Source: Firmicutes bacterium UBA3943 | GTDB lineage: Bacteria > Bacillota > UBA4882 > UBA10575 > UBA3943 | Direction of reading: 5' to 3' | Assembly: GCA_002385625.1 (NCBI GenBank) | Contig: DGDV01000047.1 | Location: 26,304-90,303, forward strand | Length of the DNA: 64,000 nt | In this document: piece by piece, positions 56,712 to 64,000 of the stretch | Layout: every line of letters starts with the position of its first letter | Numbering within the stretch: the first letter of the stretch is position 1 | Notes under the pieces: model-generated | What the model was told of the DNA's origin: nothing | What the model saw: only the letters and a program-made list of their open reading frames with translations | The model's database searches: none | Made by a program: the position numbers and the translations under genes

Positions 56712-57807
56712 CCCCGCCGATCACTTGTTTCGGCCAGATCTTGGCATTGGCCTCAACCACCCGGCGGGGTTCAATGACACAGGAATCGCTGAGGATGACC
56801 CCTGCACCGATCACCGATCCCTCTTTCAGGTAACACTCGCTGCCCACGACACACTCCACCAGCCTGCTGTCCCGGTCGATGCGGGTATTGTTCCAGACGA
56901 CGCTGGCAAAGATCGTGGTATTCTCCTGAATAATACAATTATCCCCAATCACCGTTTCACCAAAGATCTCCACCCCATCGGCGATGCGGCAGCCCTTGCC
57001 GATCACGACTTTGGAGCCGATCTGGGCCGTCGGGGCAATGTAAGTATTCTCGCCCACATAGACGGCGCCCGGGTGCCAAATACCGGGAATATCGATACGG
57101 ACCTTGCCCCGCAGAACGTCGTAGTTGGCCAGACGATATTGGGTCAGCGTTCCGATATCGCACCAATAATCGGCGATGGGAAAACCATAGAAAGGTACGC
57201 CCGCTTGAACCAGATGGGGGAAGACCTGTTTCCCGAAGTCATAAACCTGACCGGCGGGAATATGGTCGAAGATCGCCGGCTCAAAGACATAAATACCCGT
57301 ATTGGCCTTCCGGCTGAGCTCTTCACCGGGCTGGGGCTTCTCCTGAAAGGCTTTGATCCGGCCGTCCTCATCGGTGATAACCACCCCAAATTGTCGTGGA
57401 TCCTCCACTTCCATCAAGGCAATGGTGGCGATGGCCTTCTTTTCCTTGTGGGCCTGGATAAGGGCATCCAGGTTAATATCGGTTAGGGCGTCGCCGGAGA
57501 TGACCACAAAGGTTTCGTCGAAGAAATCCTGGAGTTTTTTCACTCCGCCGGCGGTGCCCATTAAGTTTTCCTCCAACGAATAGCGGAGGGAAACCCCAAA
57601 GGCCGATCCGTCACCAAAGTAATCCATGATCTTGTCGGGCAGATACCAAAGATTGGCCGCCACTTGATGAATACCGTTTTTAACCAGAAGGCGAATGATA
57701 TGTTCCAAAGCAGGACGATTCACCACAGGAACCATGGGTTTGGGGATGTTGCAGGTTAATGGTTCCAGCCTGGACCCCACCCCGGCCGCCATAATCATTG
57801 CTTTCAA
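56695..57807 (-). CDS. Sugar-1-phosphate nucleotidyltransferase with a C-terminal left-handed beta-helix domain
   Basis: MKAMIMAAGVGSRLEPLTCNIPKPMVPV (GxGxRL motif), then hexapeptide repeats in the C-terminal third. Nucleotide and sugar specificity cannot be read from the sequence. Confidence 0.8.
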   Translation of the reverse strand: MKAMIMAAGVGSRLEPLTCNIPKPMVPVVNRPALEHIIRLLVKNGIHQVAANLWYLPDKIMDYFGDGSAFGVSLRYSLEENLMGTAGGVKKLQDFFDETFVVISGDALTDINLDALIQAHKEKKAIATIALMEVEDPRQFGVVITDEDGRIKAFQEKPQPGEELSRKANTGIYVFEPAIFDHIPAGQVYDFGKQVFPHLVQAGVPFYGFPIADYWCDIGTLTQYRLANYDVLRGKVRIDIPGIWHPGAVYVGENTYIAPTAQIGSKVVIGKGCRIADGVEIFGETVIGDNCIIQENTTIFASVVWNNTRIDRDSRLVECVVGSECYLKEGSVIGAGVILSDSCVIEPRRVVEANAKIWPKQVIGGDENSN

Positions 57808-57980
57808 ACAATCATCTCCTTTGTAGCTGAAACTTTATTCGACATCGCAAAATGCGATTCCTGCCCAAGTGCAAAAGACTACTCTGGTATTTAATTTTAT
57901 ATTTTCTCACTTTTTGAAAGGTTTTTGCCTTCCGCTGTCGAAGAAAGGGGCTAAAAAATCAATTAGTGGAGGCGATTCAG

Positions 57981-58967
57981 ATGAACAAAAACATCGGGAT
58001 GAGTTGGGTTTTAGCCGCCTGCCTGCTCCTGGCGGGCTGCCTGAGCAAACCGGCTGTTTCCAGTCCGGGGAAAATTATTCTCAGCTACACCCTTCCTTCC
58101 ACTCTGACCCCTGATACAACCATCCGGCTGATCCGTGCCACCATCGCCAAGGGGGAACTCAGCCGGACTGTTGCCACAGAAGAAACGAACACCACTGCCC
58201 CCATCATCTTTGAAAATGTTCCCGCCGGGAAATGGAAGGTCACCGTCCGGGCCCTCGACACCCAAGACCAAGAAATCCTCGCGGGGGAAAGCACCGTCAA
58301 CGTTAAACCGGACCAGCCGGTGGAAGTCACCGTTGCTTTGGCCCCACCGCCGCCCCCGCCCACTGTTTTTGAGGTTATCTTCGACGCCACTGCCATCCCG
58401 GAGGTGGGCAGTGTCTACCAAAAGGGCAAAATCGGTCTCAGTAAAACCCCGTCCGGTTCCAGCCCCAGTTACTATGATCTGAAATTAGACGGAACAATCC
58501 TGAGACGGGAGTTTACGGACCGCGAACCCGGCAGTTACCAGTGCGGGATCTATATCCCCCAAAAGACCAAGGCCTTTTATGCCACACCTTTGGTATCCGT
58601 GGAGATTGCAGCAGCAAAAACCACCCGGATCCGGATCAACCCGGACGGAAAGGTTACGCCTTTTACCGATGAAACTATCTTTGCACCGGCCCCTACCGGC
58701 TTAAGCGGCATTTACAACGGGCAACAGGTCACTTTGTGTTGGCCGCCGGACACCACAGGCCAGCGGCAAGCCGTCCTGGTTTACGGGACCGATGCTTCCG
58801 GCCTCTTCCGACTCCTGGCCACCCTGGATGGTTCGGCCAAAGAATATTCTATACCGGTGGATCCGTTGGCAGCCAAGGATAGTCGGATCCTTTATTCCGT
58901 CAGCTTTGTTGACGCTGCGGGCTGGGAAAGCTTTTGGAGCCCCAGTTATGTTCTGGCCAACCCCTAA
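57981..58967 (+). CDS. Lipoprotein with Ig/Fn3-like beta domains, function unknown
   Basis: RBS GGAGG. MNKNIGMSWVLAACLLLAGC (lipobox LAGC). Poly-Pro linker APPPPPPT. C-terminal LSGIYNGQQVTLCWPP is Fn3-like. Confidence 0.6.
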   Translation: MNKNIGMSWVLAACLLLAGCLSKPAVSSPGKIILSYTLPSTLTPDTTIRLIRATIAKGELSRTVATEETNTTAPIIFENVPAGKWKVTVRALDTQDQEILAGESTVNVKPDQPVEVTVALAPPPPPPTVFEVIFDATAIPEVGSVYQKGKIGLSKTPSGSSPSYYDLKLDGTILRREFTDREPGSYQCGIYIPQKTKAFYATPLVSVEIAAAKTTRIRINPDGKVTPFTDETIFAPAPTGLSGIYNGQQVTLCWPPDTTGQRQAVLVYGTDASGLFRLLATLDGSAKEYSIPVDPLAAKDSRILYSVSFVDAAGWESFWSPSYVLANP

Positions 58968-59069
58968 ATCTTTACAATTGCCTTTTATAATTTTTATCGG
59001 CCGCCGCACCTTTCTCTAAAGGAATTTGTGGACAAAATCCGAAATTCTCCTGCAAAGGAGTGTGATACT

Positions 59070-59438
59070 TTGTCGTTCTCAAGTTTAATCCTCCGCTTTT
59101 TCCTGGGAGGTACGGCGGTGGCAGGTTCTGCACTGATCGGCCGGCGTCTGGGAGGACGAATCGGTGGGATCTTCGCCGCCTTTCCTGCGGTCTATGCCTC
59201 AGCCGTCATCTCCACGGTTCTGGCCTCCCCGACCGCTGCCGCTACTGTCGCCAATATCTTCAAGATCTCCGGCGGCGCTTTGGTGGGGATGGCCGTCAAT
59301 ATCCCGTGTGCCATGGCCACAGCACACCTGGTAGCCCGCCACGGCTGGCAACGTGGGCTTATTCTGGCCATGGGCGGCTGGCTGGTGCTGGCCATGGCGG
59401 TCTTCGCCGGCGGGGCTGCGGTGGGCTGGTTGCAATGA
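59070..59438 (+). CDS. DUF3147-family small membrane protein, copy 1
   Basis: LRFFLGGTAVAGSALIGRRLGGRIGGIFAAFPAVYASAVI. TTG start at 59070 behind AAGGAG. Confidence 0.6.
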   Translation: MSFSSLILRFFLGGTAVAGSALIGRRLGGRIGGIFAAFPAVYASAVISTVLASPTAAATVANIFKISGGALVGMAVNIPCAMATAHLVARHGWQRGLILAMGGWLVLAMAVFAGGAAVGWLQ

Positions 59439-59806
59439 CTACTGGTAATTGGCAGGATACCATCCTTCGCTTCCTCATCGGCGGCACCGTCCTCATGCTG
59501 GTGTATGTCCTCTCCGTCCTGGTACCATGGCAATCCTTTGCTGGGGTCTTCGCCGCCTTCCCCGGCGTAATGGCGGCTGCCGTGGGGCTTGCTGGTTGGC
59601 GTCAGGGCACGGCCACCGCCGCTGATGTGGCCCATGGGTCCGTGTTGGGCATGATCAGCGGTGTGCCCTGTATTCTCACAAACATCACGGTCATTGCGGT
59701 AACCCGCAATTGGCTTGTGGCACTATGCAGCGCCATCCTGGTTTGGTTCACTGTGTCCATTATATTACATGCTTGGTCCCGGAAGACCGGGAAAAGCGGG
59801 GAATAA
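59435..59806 (+). CDS. DUF3147-family small membrane protein, copy 2
   Basis: MTTGNWQDTILRFLIGGTVLML...FAAFPGVMAAAV is paralogous to copy 1. ATGA start/stop overlap at 59435-59438. Confidence 0.6.
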   Translation: MTTGNWQDTILRFLIGGTVLMLVYVLSVLVPWQSFAGVFAAFPGVMAAAVGLAGWRQGTATAADVAHGSVLGMISGVPCILTNITVIAVTRNWLVALCSAILVWFTVSIILHAWSRKTGKSGE

Positions 59807-59913
59807 GAAATCCGCCACCGGGAAGGCGCTGACCCACCGGGCCCAATCTGAAGCTGGCTGGCTTCACCCCGGGGCTAAAGGAATTAGCGGGCTAAAGCGG
59901 TCCAACTCCGGCC

Positions 59914-59960
59914 AAAAAACAAGGGGCTACCCTTTGGGGCAGCCCCTTACCCATGTTTTT
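59914..59960. terminator. Bidirectional intrinsic terminator
   Basis: AAGGGGCT...AGCCCCTT stem flanked by AAAAAA and a downstream T-run. Confidence 0.7.
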
Positions 59961-60014
59961 GTGCACTTCTTTAATGCTGACAGCTCAGTAATTTACTTCG
60001 GACAGTCTCCCACT

Positions 60015-61406
60015 TCAGTCCGAAGAGGTCTTCTGCAGGTACTCATCGATGGCCTTGGCCGCCTTCTTGCCTGCCCCCATTGCTGCAATGACCGTGGCCG
60101 CACCGGTGACAATGTCCCCACCGGCAAAGACCCCGGGGATACTGGTGGCCAAGCTTTCGGGATCTGTTTGGATATAGCCTTGCTTGTTCAGTTCCAGCCC
60201 CGGCGTATTCCGCAGGAGAATGGGGTTGGGCCCCTGCCCGATGGCAACAATTACTGTATCCACCGGTATTTCCGACTCAGAACCGGCCACCGGCACCGGC
60301 CGGCGGCGGCCCGACTCATCAGGCGCTCCAAGTTCCATGGCCTGGCACTTTATTGCCCTCACCCGGCCGGTCTCATCACCGAGAATCTCCACCAGGTTGG
60401 TCAACAGGCGAAAGACAACCCCTTCTTCCTCTGCGTTCTCAATCTCCTCCCGGCGGGCGGGCATCTCCTCCCGGGACCGCCGGTAGATGATGCTGACCTC
60501 CTTGGCCCCGAGCCGCAGGGCGGTCCGGGCCGAGTCCATCGCCACATTGCCGGCGCCCACCACGGCCACCTTCTCCCCGACCTTGACGGGCGTGTCATAC
60601 TCCGGGAACAGGTAAGCCTTCATCAGATTGACCCGGGTCAAAAACTCATTGGCTGAATAAACGCCGTTTAGATTCTCCCCGGGAATATTCAGGAAATACG
60701 GGAGCCCAGCGCCGGTACCAATAAAGATCGCTTGAAAACCTTCAGCAAACAATTCCTGCACGGTCAAGGTCTGCCCCATCAGATAACTGGTGCGAATCTC
60801 CACCCCCAGGGAGCGGACATAAGCCACCTCCTGGTCAACGATGGCCTTGGGCAGGCGAAACTCGGGAATACCGTAGCGGAGCACGCCCCCCGGCGCATGC
60901 AAGGATTCAAAGACCGTCACCTGGTACCCTAACAGGGCCAGATCCGCGGCAGCTGTCAGGCCGGCGGGCCCGGAACCGATGACCGCCACCTTCTGTGCCC
61001 GTTGTGCCCGGATGGCGGGTGGCTTGGCTCCAGTATGCTCCCGGCTCCAATCGGCCGCAAACCGCTCTAAAGCGCCAATCGCCACCGGTTCGCCCTTGCG
61101 TCCCAGGACACACCGGGACTCACACTGGGTTTCCTGGGGGCAAACCCGACCACAGATGGCCGGCAGGCTGTTCTTTTCCTTAATCTTTTCCACCGCGCCA
61201 GGGAAATCCCCGGCTTTAATCCTGGCAATAAAGGCCGGGATTGGGACCTCCACAGGGCAACCTTCAACACAAAGGGGGCGTTTGCAATTCAGGCACCGCT
61301 CCGCCTCGGACCGGGCTTGCTGCTCACTGAAACCCAAGGCCACTTCCTGAAAATTACCGGAACGAACTTGCGGATCCTGTTTCGGCATGGCTTGACGGTT
61401 AGCCAT
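60015..61406 (-). CDS. nfnB: GltD-family NADPH-dependent oxidoreductase, NfnB/SudA-like large subunit
   Basis: 463 aa. N-terminal Fe-S cysteines CLNCKRPLCVEGCP...CGRVCPQETQCESRC. Two dinucleotide folds, VAVIGSGPAGLTAA and VAVVGAGNVAMD. Confidence 0.8.
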   Translation of the reverse strand: MANRQAMPKQDPQVRSGNFQEVALGFSEQQARSEAERCLNCKRPLCVEGCPVEVPIPAFIARIKAGDFPGAVEKIKEKNSLPAICGRVCPQETQCESRCVLGRKGEPVAIGALERFAADWSREHTGAKPPAIRAQRAQKVAVIGSGPAGLTAAADLALLGYQVTVFESLHAPGGVLRYGIPEFRLPKAIVDQEVAYVRSLGVEIRTSYLMGQTLTVQELFAEGFQAIFIGTGAGLPYFLNIPGENLNGVYSANEFLTRVNLMKAYLFPEYDTPVKVGEKVAVVGAGNVAMDSARTALRLGAKEVSIIYRRSREEMPARREEIENAEEEGVVFRLLTNLVEILGDETGRVRAIKCQAMELGAPDESGRRRPVPVAGSESEIPVDTVIVAIGQGPNPILLRNTPGLELNKQGYIQTDPESLATSIPGVFAGGDIVTGAATVIAAMGAGKKAAKAIDEYLQKTSSD

Positions 61407-62249
61407 CTAGCTTTCACCCCTTCCTAGACCAATCCGGCAGCTGTGGTCGACCAGTTCTTCCTCCCGGCGATAGAAAGAGAGCCGCTTGGTCAGTTCCTTG
61501 AAGTCCACCGCACTGCCGTCAAAAGTCGGCCCGTCGACACAGCAAAACTTGGTTTTACCGCCCACGGTAACCCGGCAGCCCCCACACATGCCTGTCCCAT
61601 CGATCATTAAGGCATTGAGGCTCACCAAAACCGGAACATGAAACTCCTCGGCCACTTGAACAGCGGCGGCCATCATCGGCACGGGACCAACAGCAATTAT
61701 CTCATCCACCTGTTCTTTCTGTAAAACCTCGCGTAAAAGCTGGGTAACAAAACCCTTCTGCCCATAGCTCCCATCATCAGTGCTGCACCGGACCTCGGCA
61801 CTGACAGCGGCAAGTTCCTCCTTCAGGATAAGCAACTCCGCCCGCTGGGCACCAAGCAGGGTGATGACGCGGCAACCGGCTCGGTGCAAAGCCTTGATCT
61901 TTGGGTACAAGGGCGCCGCACCCAAGCCTCCTGCCACACAGACCACTGTACCGCCCTCCCGGATGGGACAGGGCGTCCCCAGGGGTCCCATGATATCGAG
62001 AAAGACATCACCCGTCCCCAGCCGGTTGATCTCCCGGGTGCTCTTCCCAACCCCTTGACAAATCAGGACAATGGTCCCGCGGTCTGCATCATAATCGGCA
62101 ATGGTCAAGGGGATGCGCTCCCCTTTTTCGCTGTGGCGAACCACAACAAACTGCCCCGGCCTGGCCTTTTTGGCAATCAACGGCGCCTCGATGACAAACC
62201 GGGCAATATTAGGCGCCAGGATATCTTTTCCCAGTATTTTCATGGGCAT
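61407..62249 (-). CDS. nfnA: Ferredoxin-NADP reductase-like small subunit, NfnA/SudB-like (PyrK family)
   Basis: MPMKILGKDILAPNI...RIPLTIADYD (FAD-binding RxPLT-like). C-terminal [2Fe-2S] cysteines CGGCRV...CCVDGP. Its stop abuts the nfnB start codon. Confidence 0.78.
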   Translation of the reverse strand: MPMKILGKDILAPNIARFVIEAPLIAKKARPGQFVVVRHSEKGERIPLTIADYDADRGTIVLICQGVGKSTREINRLGTGDVFLDIMGPLGTPCPIREGGTVVCVAGGLGAAPLYPKIKALHRAGCRVITLLGAQRAELLILKEELAAVSAEVRCSTDDGSYGQKGFVTQLLREVLQKEQVDEIIAVGPVPMMAAAVQVAEEFHVPVLVSLNALMIDGTGMCGGCRVTVGGKTKFCCVDGPTFDGSAVDFKELTKRLSFYRREEELVDHSCRIGLGRGES

Positions 62250-62483
62250 GATTGCTCTTTCCCCCCATTCTGGCAACTGCACAGATTCGTTCCATGTAAA
62301 AATGGCAAAATACTCTGCAAACAAAACAACATAAGCAAAGATCTAATTAATTTATTTTATCATGAGCCAGGTTCTCCGGCAACCGCCAGACCCTTGCCAA
62401 ACATGGAAGGCCGGCGCAGCTGCCCAGGGCCGCCGGACCGTCCTTCCCTTTTCATGGGCAAACAGGCCAAAAACCAAGACCCA

Positions 62484-63824
<1,341 letters not shown>

Positions 63825-63900
63825 TTATGATCCACCTCATTTCTCCGACTTCAAGCGGGGTTTTCCGAATTGTGGAATTATATTTCATGATAACATAATA

Positions 63901-63929
63901 AATATAAAGAATACCGGATTGCCTGTCAA
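63901..63929 (-). promoter_or_regulatory. Sigma-A type promoter of gdhA
   Basis: Minus strand TTGACA (complement 63924-63929), 17 nt, then TATATT (complement 63901-63906). Confidence 0.55.
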
Positions 63930-64000
63930 GCCAATCACCGTGATAATACTGTATACTCGACAAATTTTAACATTTGCCGGCCAGCTCGACAGACCCCGGG

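Overview
This 64-kb window looks like core chromosome from an endospore-forming Firmicute of the Clostridia type. That placement is an inference from an alpha/beta-type SASP gene, scpAB, a T-box leader, GGAGG ribosome-binding sites and a CwlD-like amidase. I support about 50 protein-coding genes, most on the minus strand.

The genes are mainly housekeeping:
- Translation and cell wall: valS (5' part, behind a T-box leader), murC, a class A PBP.
- Central carbon: split transketolase, a probably PPi-dependent phosphofructokinase, class II FBP aldolase, isocitrate dehydrogenase, aconitase.
- Nitrogen, redox and nucleotide: an orphan carB, gdhA next to an nfnAB-like pair, nadE, dCMP deaminase.
- Other: scpAB, a small cheA-mcp-cheW module, and a Na/Pi cotransporter.

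I saw no rRNA, tRNA, CRISPR array, transposase, integrase, phage gene or recognisable defence system. I cannot point to a clear-cut new system.

The parts worth a second look are:
1. A low-GC islet (about 22.9-26.4 kb) holds three paralogous secreted proteins, one intact, one frameshifted and one truncated. Their C-termini look like Gram-negative outer-membrane beta-barrel insertion signals. A fourth, porin-sized ORF with the same ending (41.8-43.0 kb) lies next to the SASP gene.
2. A 2785-aa cyclic beta-1,2-glucan synthase has a roughly 370-nt leader with a terminator-like hairpin. Directly upstream of it on the same strand are a Wza-like export protein and an NDP-sugar pyrophosphorylase, with a lipoprotein gene divergent from them.
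3. A three-gene HgdC-like ATPase plus two DUF2229-like proteins has no known substrate.
4. A tkt-pfp-fba cluster fits a transaldolase-independent pentose phosphate route.

All family assignments come from reading motifs by eye; no searches were run.
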